Shown: positions 27,791 through 38,832, counted from the stretch's first letter. The stretch is 64,000 bases of DNA from Lutibacter sp. (GCF_030692605.1 NZ_JAUYUD010000093.1:34-64033); one strand, 5' to 3'. Notes: a model not told the origin generated them from the letters alone. Numbers and translations are program-made.

Positions 27791-28821
27791 TTAAAAGCAC
27801 TGTGCCATATAAAATTATTTTTCCAGCCTTAGTTGTTACACTTATTTTATTATTTTTTATCAACTTAAGTTTAGGATCTGTTTTAATACCTATAAAACAG
27901 GTTTTTATTGCATTAATTAACGGTGAAGTTGATAAAGATTCTTGGAAATTAATTGTTTTAAATTACCGTTTACCAAAAGCTATTACCGCTATAATTGTTG
28001 GAGCGGGCTTATCTATTAGTGGTTTATTAATGCAAACTTTATTCAGAAATCCGCTAGCAGGACCATTTGTTCTTGGTATCAGCTCTGGTGCAAGTTTAGG
28101 CGTTGCTTTATTAATACTTGGTTCTTCCTTTTTAGGTGCAAATTTAACATTATATGGGTTGAGTGTTTGGGGGCAAGCATTGGCTGCTAGTATTGGATCA
28201 TTTATGGTTTTACTCGCTGTTATGGCTGCTGCAACTAAGGTTAGAAACACCATGTCAATTTTAATTATTGGACTTATGTTTGGTAGTTTTACTTCAGCTA
28301 TAATAAGTGTTCTAGCCTATTTTAGTAGTGCTAACGAGTTACAACAATTTATGTTTTGGAGTTTTGGAAGTCTAGGAAATATTAGCTGGAGTCAAATTAT
28401 AGTTTTAATGGTTGTTTTTCTTTTTTCATTTGTTATGGTTTTATTTATTTTAAAACCTTTAAACAGCTTGTTATTAGGAGAAAATTACGCAAAAAGTATG
28501 GGTGTAAACATAAAAATAACACGAAATGTAACCTTAATTTCAACAAGTTTAATTACAGGTGTAATTACTGCATTTGCCGGCCCTATTGCATTTATTGGTT
28601 TGGCAGTTCCCCATTTAACAAAATTAGTTTTTACAACATCTAATCATAAGATTTTAATGCCCGCCGTGGCAATTAGTGGTGCAATTTTAATGCTTATCTG
28701 CGACAGCATTGCGCAATTACCTAGTAGCGAATTTACTTTACCCATAAATGCTATAACCTCATTATTTGGGGCTCCAGTTGTAATTTGGTTATTACTGAGA
28801 AAACGAAAACTGATTTATTAA
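27787..28821 (+). CDS. FecCD-family ABC transporter permease (iron-siderophore/cobalamin type)
   Basis: About 9 TM segments with FecCD-type conserved regions ([16 protein letters not shown]; [12 protein letters not shown]). The TTG start overlaps the rdgB stop (cTTGA). Confidence 0.85.
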   Translation: MIKSTVPYKIIFPALVVTLILLFFINLSLGSVLIPIKQVFIALINGEVDKDSWKLIVLNYRLPKAITAIIVGAGLSISGLLMQTLFRNPLAGPFVLGISSGASLGVALLILGSSFLGANLTLYGLSVWGQALAASIGSFMVLLAVMAAATKVRNTMSILIIGLMFGSFTSAIISVLAYFSSANELQQFMFWSFGSLGNISWSQIIVLMVVFLFSFVMVLFILKPLNSLLLGENYAKSMGVNIKITRNVTLISTSLITGVITAFAGPIAFIGLAVPHLTKLVFTTSNHKILMPAVAISGAILMLICDSIAQLPSSEFTLPINAITSLFGAPVVIWLLLRKRKLIY

Positions 28822-29624
28822 TGGGCAACGAAATTTCATATTGTATTACAACTCAAAATTTAAGTATTGGCTATACAACTAAAGATCAACCCATTGTTGT
28901 AGCGTCAAACTTAAATATACAGTTAGAAGGTGGAAAATTAGTTTGCTTATTGGGTAAAAACGGTATTGGAAAATCTACATTGTTAAGAACATTAACCAAA
29001 GTTCAACCGGCTTTAAAAGGAACTGTTCTTATTAAGGACAAACCGTTAAATTTACTGAAAAATATAGAATTATCTCGAGAAATTAGTGTTGTTTTAACAG
29101 AAAAATTGCCTGAAAGTAACTTAACCGTTTTCGAATTAATTGCCTTAGGCAGACAGCCATATACCAATTGGATAGGAAAACTTGACGTCAATGATTTAGA
29201 CAAAATAAATGAAGCCTTAGAACAAACCAACACCACACATTTAAAACATAAATTTTATTATCAATTAAGCGATGGCCAGCTTCAAAAAGTATTAATTGCC
29301 AGAGCATTAGCTCAAGATACAGCGATTATTATTTTTGATGAACCCACAGCCCATTTAGACATTCATCATACTATTGAAACCTTTTCTTTATTAAAAAACT
29401 TAGCAGTTAAATTTAATAAAACCATTATTGTCTCTACACACGAAATAAATTTATCGTTACAATTAGCAGACGAATTATGGCTTATGACGCCTACCAACTT
29501 TATTTGTGGTGAAACAGCTACATTAATAGAAAACAACTCCTTAGACCAATTGTTTGATTCAAACCTTATTGAGTTTAACAAAACTTTAAAGCAATTTATA
29601 ATTAAACCTTCTTCTCATTTTTAA
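28821..29624 (+). CDS. ABC transporter ATP-binding protein (partner of the FecCD permease)
   Basis: Walker A GKNGIGKST, signature LSDGQLQ, Walker B IIIFDEP. The ATG at 28821 overlaps the permease stop (TAATG), so it is preferred over the track start at 28785. Confidence 0.88.
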   Translation: MGNEISYCITTQNLSIGYTTKDQPIVVASNLNIQLEGGKLVCLLGKNGIGKSTLLRTLTKVQPALKGTVLIKDKPLNLLKNIELSREISVVLTEKLPESNLTVFELIALGRQPYTNWIGKLDVNDLDKINEALEQTNTTHLKHKFYYQLSDGQLQKVLIARALAQDTAIIIFDEPTAHLDIHHTIETFSLLKNLAVKFNKTIIVSTHEINLSLQLADELWLMTPTNFICGETATLIENNSLDQLFDSNLIEFNKTLKQFIIKPSSHF

Positions 29625-29632
29625 TATATTTG
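29625..29632 (+). promoter_or_regulatory. -7 promoter box TATATTTG
   Basis: Matches TAnnTTTG, 21 nt upstream of the ATG at 29653. Confidence 0.35.
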
Positions 29633-29652
29633 AAAATCTTATTAATTTTTAT

Positions 29653-30675
29653 ATGAAAAATTCTATTCTTTTTATTGCTTCTTTAACTCTTCTTAGCTGT
29701 GTTAGTAATAATCAAATTACCGGTCAGCAAATTGAAAACTCAACTATAAATTCGGATGTGATAGCTGAATTTGGAGCGAGTATCACCGCTATAGATTTGA
29801 GCAAACATTTATATATTATTGCATCAGATGAGTATGAAGGGAGAGAAACTGGGGAGCCTGGACAAAAAAAAGCTGCTGAGTATTTAAAGAATTTTTATAT
29901 TAATGCTAAAATAGCATCGCCTTATGGTGGGCACGATTATTATCAATCAATCCCAACCGAGCATTTAAGACCTAATTTAAAACCATCTGAAAATGTTTTA
30001 GCATTTATTAAAGGTACCACAAAACCTGAAGAAATTATTGTTATATCAGCACATTATGACCATGTAGGTATTCAAAATGGTGAAATTTATAATGGTGCTG
30101 ACGATGATGGATCTGGAACAGTTGCTGTAATGAAAATTGCTGAAGCGTTTCAAAAAGCAGTTGAGGCTGGAAAAGGACCTAAAAGATCTATTTTATTTTT
30201 ACATATTACAGGTGAGGAAAAAGGATTATTGGGTTCCAAATACTATGTGAATTTTCCCGTTTTTCCGTTAACTAATACCGTAGCTAATTTAAATATTGAT
30301 ATGATTGGGCGGGTTGATGATGCCCATAAAAACAATCCAAATTTTGTTTATTTAATTGGAGCGAATAAATTAAGTTCTGAGTTACATAACATTTCTGAAA
30401 ACATGAATTCTAATATCACTAAATTAGATTTAGACTATACTTATAATGATGAAAATGATCCAAATCGTTATTATTATAGATCTGATCATTATAATTTTGC
30501 AAAAAACAACATTCCTGTTATATTTTACTTTAATGGAACGCACGAAGATTATCATAAACCAACTGATACTCCAGATAAAATAAATTATGAATTATTAGCC
30601 AAACGAGCTCAACTAATTTTTTACACTGCTTGGGAAGTTGCAAATAGAGAAAATCGAATTTTGATTGATAAATAG
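29653..30675 (+). CDS. M28 family aminopeptidase, lipoprotein
   Basis: Lipobox LLSC; metal-ligand regions SAHYDHVG, GADDDGSGTVAV, TGEEKGLLGS. Confidence 0.85.
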   Translation: MKNSILFIASLTLLSCVSNNQITGQQIENSTINSDVIAEFGASITAIDLSKHLYIIASDEYEGRETGEPGQKKAAEYLKNFYINAKIASPYGGHDYYQSIPTEHLRPNLKPSENVLAFIKGTTKPEEIIVISAHYDHVGIQNGEIYNGADDDGSGTVAVMKIAEAFQKAVEAGKGPKRSILFLHITGEEKGLLGSKYYVNFPVFPLTNTVANLNIDMIGRVDDAHKNNPNFVYLIGANKLSSELHNISENMNSNITKLDLDYTYNDENDPNRYYYRSDHYNFAKNNIPVIFYFNGTHEDYHKPTDTPDKINYELLAKRAQLIFYTAWEVANRENRILIDK

Positions 30676-30730
30676 AAGTTGATTGAAAGATGTATTTTTT
30701 TTCTATATTTTTAATTTTGAAACTAATTAT

Positions 30731-31735
30731 TTAATGTAAAATTTTAAACATAAGCTCTTTTAAAATATCGCTTGCTGGTACAGAATTAGCTCCCACACCT
30801 TTGCTTTTAACATCGGCTTCGCGCAAAAATGAAATAATTTGAGAAATTTTTCTCATTGGGTAATTTTTAGCTCCATCGATGTAATCTTTTACAAAAAAAG
30901 GACTCACACCCAAAGATCTTGCAACTGCATTCGACGATTTATCTTTTAAACTGTGATAAATTAATAGTTGAGTAAAATAACTATTAAGCAAAGAAAGTGT
31001 AACAACTATTGGATTTGCTTTTTGATTTTGACCAAAATAATTGATAATTCTATTTACCCTTAAAATATCTTTATCTCCTATTGCTTTTCGTAATTCAAAA
31101 TTATTAAAGTCTTTACTTATCCCAATATTATCTTCAATATCTTTTGGCGAAATAGTTGAATTAACTGGAACTACTACCATTAATTTTTCCAGTTCTTTAC
31201 TAATTTTACTTAAATCATTCCCTAAAAAATCGACCAACATTAATGCAGCCTTTGTATCTATTTTATAACTTTTTTGTTGCAGAATAGCTTTAATCCATTC
31301 TGGAACTTTATTGTCGTACATTTTTTTACTTTCAAAAACAACCCCAGATTTTTGAATGGCTTTATATACTTTTTTTCTTTTATCTACAGTTTTGTATTTA
31401 TAACAAAAAACCAGTATTGTTGTAGGCTGGGGGTTTTCTGCATAATTTGTTAGGTTTTCAAATGTTCTAATTAAATCTTGGGCTTCTTTTATAATTATTA
31501 CTTGTTTTTCACCAATCATTGGGTATCTTTTGGCGTAATCAATAATTTCTGATACGCTTATGTCTTGTCCATAAAAAACCATTTGATCAAATGCTTTTTC
31601 ACTTTCTTGTAAAACAGTATCCTCAATAAAATCTGAAATTTTATCAATAAAATATGACTCTTCGCCCATTAATAAATAAATAGGTTTAATTTCCCCTTTT
31701 TGTATATCAGAAACAATTTTTAAAACCTCATCCAT
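30731..31735 (-). CDS. holA: DNA polymerase III subunit delta
   Basis: 334 aa. The N-terminus (KPIYLLMGEESYFID) and overall HolA-like architecture fit. Confidence 0.8.
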   Translation of the reverse strand: MDEVLKIVSDIQKGEIKPIYLLMGEESYFIDKISDFIEDTVLQESEKAFDQMVFYGQDISVSEIIDYAKRYPMIGEKQVIIIKEAQDLIRTFENLTNYAENPQPTTILVFCYKYKTVDKRKKVYKAIQKSGVVFESKKMYDNKVPEWIKAILQQKSYKIDTKAALMLVDFLGNDLSKISKELEKLMVVVPVNSTISPKDIEDNIGISKDFNNFELRKAIGDKDILRVNRIINYFGQNQKANPIVVTLSLLNSYFTQLLIYHSLKDKSSNAVARSLGVSPFFVKDYIDGAKNYPMRKISQIISFLREADVKSKGVGANSVPASDILKELMFKILH

Positions 31736-31764
31736 AAATTAAAAAAAATTAGCATTTTTGTTGT

Positions 31765-32211
31765 ATGCAAGCGCTTAACTTACCTACGTATAATTTTCGA
31801 ATCAAATGTACCAAAAATAAGTATGTCATATTTGATATTATACGTAAAAAATATATGGTTCTTACACCCGAAGAATGGGTTAGGCAACACATAATTCATT
31901 TTTTAATTGAAGAAAAAAAATATCCAATTTCATTAATTAGCGTTGAGAAAAAATTAACAATTAACAATTTAACAAAACGAACTGATATTTTAGTTTTTAA
32001 TAAAGTTGGTTTGATTGAAATTATTGTTGAATGTAAAGCTCCAACAGTTTCTATTAATCAAGATACTTTTGATCAAATAGCACGTTACAACTTAAAATTA
32101 AAATCTAACTACTTGTTTGTAACTAATGGGTTAACTCATTTTTACTGCTCAATGGATTTTAAAAATGAACAGTATGTTTTTTTAGATAATATTCCAAATT
32201 ATAATTTTTAA
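31765..32211 (+). CDS. HsdR N-terminal domain-containing protein (stand-alone PD-(D/E)xK-like)
   Basis: 148 aa with TDILVFNKVGLIEIIVECKAP (D...E-x-K). From memory, it is commonly found divergent from holA in Flavobacteriia. Confidence 0.65.
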   Translation: MQALNLPTYNFRIKCTKNKYVIFDIIRKKYMVLTPEEWVRQHIIHFLIEEKKYPISLISVEKKLTINNLTKRTDILVFNKVGLIEIIVECKAPTVSINQDTFDQIARYNLKLKSNYLFVTNGLTHFYCSMDFKNEQYVFLDNIPNYNF

Positions 32212-32215
32212 TAAC

Positions 32216-33145
32216 ATGAAAAAGAGTTATTTATATAAAATATTATTCCTATTAATTATTTTTATTGTAGGTATTTATTTTATTCCTGCGCCTAAAGCTA
32301 ATTTCTTTGAATTGTATACAATAAATGATAAAGCATCACAGAGTTTAAAAGAATTCAAATCTAAACCCCTTAAAAAAATTGAGGCAGATGGTATTAAATG
32401 GATATATTACGTTGGTGGAAAAGGAGAAAAAACCATTCTTTTTTTACACGGAATGGGTGGTGCTTATGATTTGTGGTGGCAACAAGTTGTTGCATTTGAA
32501 AAAAATTATAAAATAATAACTTATACCCTTCCTGAAGAAATAAACTCACTAGAAAATGCTACGAAGGGAATTCTAAAAATTTTAGAAACTGAAAATGTCT
32601 ATACTTTTTATGCTGTTGGAACCTCCATGGGTGGTTATATTACACAATATTTAGTGAATACCATTCCTAATAGAGTTGAAAAAGCAGTATTTGGTAATAC
32701 GTTTCCACCAAACCACTTAATTGCTAAAGAAAATAAAGGAAAAAGTAAAATAATTCCTTGGCTGCCAGAGATATTGATTTCAAAATTAGGAGAAAAAAAA
32801 TTAAACGAAGAAATAGTTCCAGCAGCAAAAAACTCAGAATTACTTAAAGCATTTTTACCAAGTTTACACTTTAGTAAAAAACAATTTATGAATAGGTATT
32901 ATGTTGTTATTGATAATTTTGTTGCAAACCCAGCTAAACAAGAAATACAACGAATTCCAAAATTAATAATAGAATCAGATAACGATCCTCTTATTCATCC
33001 TCAATTACGTAAAGAAATAAAAGAACTTTATAAAGATGCTGAAATATATACATTTTATAATGAAGGACATTTTCCATATATTAATGCTTCTGAAAAATAT
33101 AATAAAGTACTGTATAATTTTTTAACAAATAATAAACAAAATTGA
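32216..33145 (+). CDS. Alpha/beta hydrolase
   Basis: HGMGG oxyanion region, nucleophile elbow GTSMGG, and a C-terminal GHFP. Confidence 0.8.
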   Translation: MKKSYLYKILFLLIIFIVGIYFIPAPKANFFELYTINDKASQSLKEFKSKPLKKIEADGIKWIYYVGGKGEKTILFLHGMGGAYDLWWQQVVAFEKNYKIITYTLPEEINSLENATKGILKILETENVYTFYAVGTSMGGYITQYLVNTIPNRVEKAVFGNTFPPNHLIAKENKGKSKIIPWLPEILISKLGEKKLNEEIVPAAKNSELLKAFLPSLHFSKKQFMNRYYVVIDNFVANPAKQEIQRIPKLIIESDNDPLIHPQLRKEIKELYKDAEIYTFYNEGHFPYINASEKYNKVLYNFLTNNKQN

Positions 33146-34140
33146 AAATAGCTATAGTAATCTTAAACTGGAATGGTAAACAATTATTGGAAAAATTTCT
33201 TCCATCAATAATTGCATACAGTACAATACCTTCCGTTGAAATTGTTGTTGCAGATAATGATTCTACAGATGATTCTGTTGAATTTGTATCCAATAACTAT
33301 CCAAATATTTCTATTGTACAAAACAAAAAAAATGGAGGATATGCAAAAGGCTATAATGATGCATTAGAACACATAAATGCCGATATTTTCGCCTTGGTAA
33401 ACTCTGATATTGAAGTAACACCCAATTGGTTAGATCCAATTATAGCAATTTTTGAAAATGAACCTGAAACAACTATCATTCAACCAAAAATATTAGATTT
33501 TAAAAATAAAAGTAAATTTGAATATGCTGGTGCAGGTGGTGGATTTATTGATAGATTTGGTTATCCATTTTGCCGAGGTCGTGTTTTTAATGAATTAGAA
33601 ACAGATACTGGTCAATTTAATGACATCTCAGAAATATTTTGGGCTTCTGGTGCTTGTTTTTTTATAAGAAAAAACGCTTTTAATGAATTGAACGGATTTG
33701 ATGAAAATTATTTTGCACATCAAGAAGAAATTGACTTATGTTGGCGCGCTCAAAATATTGGTAAAACTATTAAATATGTTGGTACTTCAACCGTATATCA
33801 TATAGGAGGAGCAACTTTGCAAGAACTAAGCCCCAGAAAAACCTTTTTAAACTTTAGAAATAGTTTATTTTCACTAATCAAAAATGTTCCAGCAAACTCT
33901 TTATTTCCGATTTTATTTTTTCGGTTGGTTTTAGATGGTGTAGCCGGAATGAAATTTTTAATTGAATTAAGGCCTATACACACTTTCTCAATTATTAAAG
34001 CACATTTTAGCTTTTACTCAAGTTTCTTAAAAATGTTTAAACAGCGAAAATTATCAAATCAAAAAAAACAATACTACCACACTACGAGCATTGTTTGGAA
34101 TTATTTTATACAAAGTAAAAAGACTTTTAAAGATATTTAA
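33142..34140 (+). CDS. Family 2 glycosyltransferase
   Basis: N-terminal KIAIVILNWNG, ADNDSTDDS and a DxD-like region. The TTG start overlaps the preceding stop (aTTGA). Confidence 0.85.
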   Translation: MKIAIVILNWNGKQLLEKFLPSIIAYSTIPSVEIVVADNDSTDDSVEFVSNNYPNISIVQNKKNGGYAKGYNDALEHINADIFALVNSDIEVTPNWLDPIIAIFENEPETTIIQPKILDFKNKSKFEYAGAGGGFIDRFGYPFCRGRVFNELETDTGQFNDISEIFWASGACFFIRKNAFNELNGFDENYFAHQEEIDLCWRAQNIGKTIKYVGTSTVYHIGGATLQELSPRKTFLNFRNSLFSLIKNVPANSLFPILFFRLVLDGVAGMKFLIELRPIHTFSIIKAHFSFYSSFLKMFKQRKLSNQKKQYYHTTSIVWNYFIQSKKTFKDI

Positions 34141-34149
34141 AATTCTTAG

Positions 34150-34770
34150 TTATAAGATATCTAAGCTACCTTTCCCTTCTCGTAAAACAACTACTTCGTC
34201 TCCAGAAAGATCTATTACAGTAGAAGGAATATTATCGCCAAAACCACCATCAATAATTAAATCGACAACATTTTCCCATTTTTCAAAAATTAATTCCGGA
34301 TCTGTCGTGTATTCCAATAAATCATCTTCATCATAAATAGATGTAGACACAATAGGGTTTCCAAGCTGCTTTACAAGCTCTCTTATAATATTATTATTAG
34401 GAATTCTAATTCCTACGGTACTTTTATTTTTAAATGCTTTTGGCAAATTATTATTCCCAGGCAAAATAAAAGTATAAGGTCCTGGAAGGGCTCGTTTTAA
34501 AATTTTATAGGTTGGGGTGTCAATTTGCTTTACATAATCTGAGAGACTACTTAAATCATAACAAATAAAGGAAAAATTAGATTTTATAAGTTTAACACCT
34601 TTAATTTGCGCAATTCTTTCCATCGCTTTGGTATTAGTAATATCACAACCCAAACCATAAACAGTATCTGTAGGGTAAATAATTAATCCGCCTTCGCGTA
34701 AAACTTTTACAACTTTACTAATTTCTTTTTCGTTTGGATTTTCGTTATATATTTTTACAAATTGAGCCAT
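34150..34770 (-). CDS. L-threonylcarbamoyladenylate synthase (YrdC/Sua5 family)
   Basis: YPTDTVYGLGCD, GPYTFIL and VSTSIY motifs. Confidence 0.85.
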   Translation of the reverse strand: MAQFVKIYNENPNEKEISKVVKVLREGGLIIYPTDTVYGLGCDITNTKAMERIAQIKGVKLIKSNFSFICYDLSSLSDYVKQIDTPTYKILKRALPGPYTFILPGNNNLPKAFKNKSTVGIRIPNNNIIRELVKQLGNPIVSTSIYDEDDLLEYTTDPELIFEKWENVVDLIIDGGFGDNIPSTVIDLSGDEVVVLREGKGSLDIL

Positions 34771-34802
34771 AAGTCTAATTTCATCAAATATAGCTTTATT
34801 CT

Positions 34803-34828
34803 AAAAAAAAACCTGCAAAAAGCAGGTT
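34803..34828 (-). terminator. Rho-independent terminator after the response regulator
   Basis: Stem aacctgc/gcaggtt with an A8 run on the plus strand, which is a U-run on the minus strand. Confidence 0.7.
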
Positions 34829-34835
34829 TATCATT

Positions 34836-35531
34836 TTATTTTTCAATGAGTCTAAATCCTTCACCGTGAATATTTAAAATTTCAACATTTTCATCTAGTT
34901 TCAAATATTTTCTAAGTTTAGCAATATATACATCCATACTTCTAGATGTAAAGTAATTATCATCTCGCCAAATTTTAGTCAAAGCCAATTCTCGAGGCAT
35001 TAAATCGTTTTTATAATTAGCCAACAATTTTAATAATTTACTTTCTTTTGGCGATAACTTTTGTGATTCTTCATTATTAAAAGATAAATGACGCAATTTT
35101 GAATTAAAATAAAATCTTCCAATATTGTATTCAAATATTTCTTCTTCAATAGTTTGTTCTGTTTCTTTTCGTTGCATTATTGCTTTAATTTTATACAATA
35201 ATACCTCAGAATCAAAAGGTTTGTTTAAATAATCATCTGCGCCAGCCTGATATCCTTTAAGAACATCTTCCTTCATTGTTTTTGCAGTTAAAAAAATGAT
35301 GGGAATATCCTTATTTGTGGCTCTAATATCTTTCGCTAATGAAAATCCATCTTTACGAGGCATCATAACGTCTAAAATACATAAATCATATTCATCATTT
35401 TTGAACATAATTAATCCTTCTAATCCATCTTTTGCCAATGTTACATTGTAATCATTTAACATTAAATAGTCTTTTAAAACCGTTCCAAAGTTCGGATCGT
35501 CTTCAACCAATAAAATTCTTTTATTTTCCAT
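34836..35531 (-). CDS. OmpR-family response regulator
   Basis: Receiver domain (LLVEDDP...DLCILDVMMP...K) plus a winged-helix C-terminus. Confidence 0.9.
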   Translation of the reverse strand: MENKRILLVEDDPNFGTVLKDYLMLNDYNVTLAKDGLEGLIMFKNDEYDLCILDVMMPRKDGFSLAKDIRATNKDIPIIFLTAKTMKEDVLKGYQAGADDYLNKPFDSEVLLYKIKAIMQRKETEQTIEEEIFEYNIGRFYFNSKLRHLSFNNEESQKLSPKESKLLKLLANYKNDLMPRELALTKIWRDDNYFTSRSMDVYIAKLRKYLKLDENVEILNIHGEGFRLIEK

Positions 35532-35544
35532 ACTAAATTATTTT

Positions 35545-37113
35545 TTAAATTAATGGTAACTTAACTGTAAAGACACTTCCGTGTCCCTTTTCACTTTCAA
35601 TGCTAACATTACCTTGATGAATTTCTACTATTTTTTTTACGTACGCCAACCCTAATCCATGGCCTTTAACATTGTGAATATTTCCGCCTTCTTCTCTATA
35701 AAACTTTTTGAAAATATTTTTTTGAACGCTTTTATTCATCCCAATTCCATTATCTGTTACCTTAAATGTAATATTTTTTCCTGAATTTTCAGTGAAAATT
35801 TCAATTTTCGGAACTTCCGTGGTATATTTTATTGCGTTATCTAACATGTTTACAACCACATTTGTTAAATGAAATTGATTTCCAAGAATAACTGAGTCCT
35901 TAGCATTTAGATCTAACTTAATTTTTCCTCCTCTATCCTTAACCAATAACTGAATATGTGTCATTGCATCTTCAATAATTTCATGTAAATCAACCTTTTC
36001 TTTGGTTACTTCCAACTGATTTTTTTCTAATTTAGAAATTCTTAACACATTTTCAACTTGGCTATTCATTCTTTTATTTTCATCTCTAATCATATTAACA
36101 TAACGCAACACCTTTTCATTATCATCAATAATTTTCGGATTTTTAATTGCATCCAATGCTAAATTTATGGTTGCTATTGGAGTCTTAAATTCGTGTGTCA
36201 TATTATTAATAAATTCGGTTTTTATCTCCGAAATTTGTTTTTGCCTTATTAATTGATACAAAGCACTTGCAAAAGCCAAAATAATGATAAAGACAAATAA
36301 AACTGATAATCCTAATATAGTGGTAATAGAAGATAAGATGTAATTTTTTTTCTTCGGAAAAGAAACATACAATTCAAAATTACTTTCTCCTTCAGCATTT
36401 GCAAATATTGGAATCATGTAACTTTTCCCTTCTTCCTTTCTATAATAACCCGATTTTAATTGAGTTGATAATCCGTTGCTGTAAATTCCATATTTAAAAT
36501 CGGTAATGATACCTCTGTTATCTAACTCGTTACGTAATCTGTAACTAATTTCCCTGTTACTAATTCTTTTATGAATTGGAATTTTATTAATATAAACATC
36601 AAATTGACGCTCTAAATACGATTTTTCTGCGCCCTTAAATCTTCCGACTTTAATATATCTTTCTTCTGGCGGTTCTACAGATCCAGAACCTTCGTCAAGC
36701 ACTTGATTTTTAATTACAACTACTTCTTCTTTGCTGTAAATTTCTTTAAAATCTATAGAATCATCCTCAAAAAAATCAGTTGGAACTTTGTAATTAGCTT
36801 CAACAATACTTTGCGAATAAGTAAATTTTTCATTGTTTGTGGTATCTATTTTTTCATAAATAAACTTCCTTACGTCAGAATCTTTAATTTTTTCACCTTC
36901 TTTATAAATATCTGCAAGTTTTTCATAAAACCCATTAAACTCTCTTTGTTTTATATCTTCAGAAACTTTAGCCAATGCAAATTTTGCGTTAGAACTAAAT
37001 TGTTCTTCCGTAATTTGTATGGTTTTTTTAATCCAAAATACCTGAACAGAAATAATTCCTACTAAGGCGATACTCATTAGAAAAATGATGAGTACAAACA
37101 TTCTCTTCCCCAT
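35545..37113 (-). CDS. Sensor histidine kinase
   Basis: Two TM segments; H-box FINNMTHEFKTP, N-box NAIKY, G-boxes DNGIGM and GHGLGL. Confidence 0.9.
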   Translation of the reverse strand: MGKRMFVLIIFLMSIALVGIISVQVFWIKKTIQITEEQFSSNAKFALAKVSEDIKQREFNGFYEKLADIYKEGEKIKDSDVRKFIYEKIDTTNNEKFTYSQSIVEANYKVPTDFFEDDSIDFKEIYSKEEVVVIKNQVLDEGSGSVEPPEERYIKVGRFKGAEKSYLERQFDVYINKIPIHKRISNREISYRLRNELDNRGIITDFKYGIYSNGLSTQLKSGYYRKEEGKSYMIPIFANAEGESNFELYVSFPKKKNYILSSITTILGLSVLFVFIIILAFASALYQLIRQKQISEIKTEFINNMTHEFKTPIATINLALDAIKNPKIIDDNEKVLRYVNMIRDENKRMNSQVENVLRISKLEKNQLEVTKEKVDLHEIIEDAMTHIQLLVKDRGGKIKLDLNAKDSVILGNQFHLTNVVVNMLDNAIKYTTEVPKIEIFTENSGKNITFKVTDNGIGMNKSVQKNIFKKFYREEGGNIHNVKGHGLGLAYVKKIVEIHQGNVSIESEKGHGSVFTVKLPLI

Positions 37114-37214
37114 TGTTCAAAATTAGTTATTTATCAATATAATTAGACTATTTTAACGTAGATTAACTAAAATAGTATTTTTTTAACAATTTCTTAAGAA
37201 ATGCTTCAAAGGAA

Positions 37215-37796
37215 TTAAGTCTTTATAAGCATCTTATAAATAGTTTCTACTTGTATTTTAGTCTGATCTAAACAGTTATTTTGAATGACAAAATTTGAGT
37301 GTTTAATTTTAAAATCATCCTCTGTTTGGTGCTGCATACGTTGTTCAATTTGAGCAATCGAAAGAAAGTCTCTTTTGGCTATTCTTTCAATTTTAGCTTT
37401 GTAATTTGCAATTACAGTTATTACATAATCGCAAAAATTACTACTTCCACTTTCAAATAAAATGGCTGCTTCATAAATTACAATTGGTGCTTTTGATTCT
37501 TTTATAAATTTTTGAAAATTATCCCGAACTTTTGGATGAACAACTGCATTAATAGCAACTAATATTTCTTTATTGTTAAAAATTAATTCTGCTAAATAAG
37601 CCTTATTTAAAACTTGATTTGAATATGCCTTATCTCCAGCAATTTTTTTTATGAAACTAATTAGTTCCTTGTCAGAATTCATTAACTTTTTTGCCTCATC
37701 ATCTGCAATATACACCGCAGCACCTAAATTTTTAAAAAGTGCTAAAACCGTGCTCTTTCCACTCCCGATTCCTCCTGTTAATCCTACAATTTTCAT
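37215..37796 (-). CDS. coaE: Dephospho-CoA kinase
   Basis: P-loop GLTGGIGSGKST. Confidence 0.9.
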   Translation of the reverse strand: MKIVGLTGGIGSGKSTVLALFKNLGAAVYIADDEAKKLMNSDKELISFIKKIAGDKAYSNQVLNKAYLAELIFNNKEILVAINAVVHPKVRDNFQKFIKESKAPIVIYEAAILFESGSSNFCDYVITVIANYKAKIERIAKRDFLSIAQIEQRMQHQTEDDFKIKHSNFVIQNNCLDQTKIQVETIYKMLIKT

Positions 37797-38761
37797 TTTT
37801 GTATAAAATATTCTATTTTAGTTGGCTCAACTCTTAACGTTGTTATTAAAGGGCTTTTTCGTTTTATAACTGGCGTTAAAAATCGAGTTTGAGTTTCTTT
37901 TAAATATTCATTGTAATCAAAAACAATATCAAAACTTTCAGTTGTTATTTTTTTGAAATTTGAAAGTCCTGTTTGGTAGATTATCTCAATTTCTTTAGGA
38001 AATGTTTTTAAAATAACATCTTGAGGCTTATTGATAAATCGTACAGGAATTTTTATTTTTCCTTCAGTAATTTTGTCAACCTTTCCAATTACTACAACTT
38101 GAGTTCTCGAAATTTTAATTCCCCTTTTTTCTAAATTATTTTTTAAATCTATAGATTCCTTAATATTTTCATAAACGTCATTTATTGTCAACCTTTTTGT
38201 TTCAATAAAATGAATGGTGTCAATAATTTCATTTGGACCTGTAATTTCGATGGAATCTGGCTCTATTTTTAAATTTTCAATTAAATTATAGCCTACTTTA
38301 AAGTTGGCAATTAATCTTGAAACAACAGGAATTTTTTTAGTTTTAGATTTTCCAACATCTATTTTAACAACTTCAGTGAGCACTTTAAGCATCACAACAT
38401 TTCCTTTTAACTGTGAATTAATAAAAGTTAACTGATTATTTGGTACTATATAATAGTTCGATTTCCCTTTAATAAGTTGATCTAATTTTAAATCTATAGT
38501 ACGTTCTAAAATATTGTAATTTAATATTGTTAAACCTGAAGCTCTTATCCATAATTCTACCTCAGATTTTGGCTTGGATTGGAGCAATTTATCCGAAGGT
38601 AGATTGATGTAATTTACATGAATTGTAATTTTTCCATCATATGTCTTAGACAATTCCACAAAAAACCAAACGATACTTGTAACCACAAGTATTAAAAGGA
38701 ATATTTTAAATTTCCTTCTACTATTTAATGATATATGAGTATTTTTTGAAATTCTATCCAT
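37793..38761 (-). CDS. YbbR-like domain-containing protein (putative)
   Basis: 322 aa with an N-terminal TM anchor followed by repeated beta-rich modules. It overlaps coaE by 4 nt. The call rests on context and architecture only. Confidence 0.5.
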   Translation of the reverse strand: MDRISKNTHISLNSRRKFKIFLLILVVTSIVWFFVELSKTYDGKITIHVNYINLPSDKLLQSKPKSEVELWIRASGLTILNYNILERTIDLKLDQLIKGKSNYYIVPNNQLTFINSQLKGNVVMLKVLTEVVKIDVGKSKTKKIPVVSRLIANFKVGYNLIENLKIEPDSIEITGPNEIIDTIHFIETKRLTINDVYENIKESIDLKNNLEKRGIKISRTQVVVIGKVDKITEGKIKIPVRFINKPQDVILKTFPKEIEIIYQTGLSNFKKITTESFDIVFDYNEYLKETQTRFLTPVIKRKSPLITTLRVEPTKIEYFIQK

Positions 38762-38786
38762 TCCGTTTAATCTGGATTAAAGGTAC

Positions 38787-38810
38787 AAAAAAAGTGAGCC
38801 AATGGCTCAC
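38787..38810 (-). terminator. Rho-independent terminator after yajC
   Basis: Stem gtgagcc/ggctcac with an A7 run on the plus strand, which is a U-run on the minus strand. Confidence 0.7.
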
Positions 38811-38832
38811 TTTTAAATTATATCAATGTTAC

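Noticed and set aside
26740-29624. Cobalamin or other riboswitch upstream of the FecCD/ABC transporter genes
   Set aside because: These genes are tightly packed behind rlmH-rdgB with overlapping stops and starts. There is no leader region long enough for a riboswitch.
31765-32211. HsdR N-terminal domain protein as a sign of a restriction-modification system
   Set aside because: It is a stand-alone 148-aa domain with no methylase, specificity or helicase genes nearby. From memory, this gene sits next to holA in many Flavobacteriia.
34836-37113. Two-component system as part of an accessory or defence module
   Set aside because: It is an ordinary OmpR/histidine-kinase pair embedded among housekeeping genes, with no unusual domains or flanking repeats.
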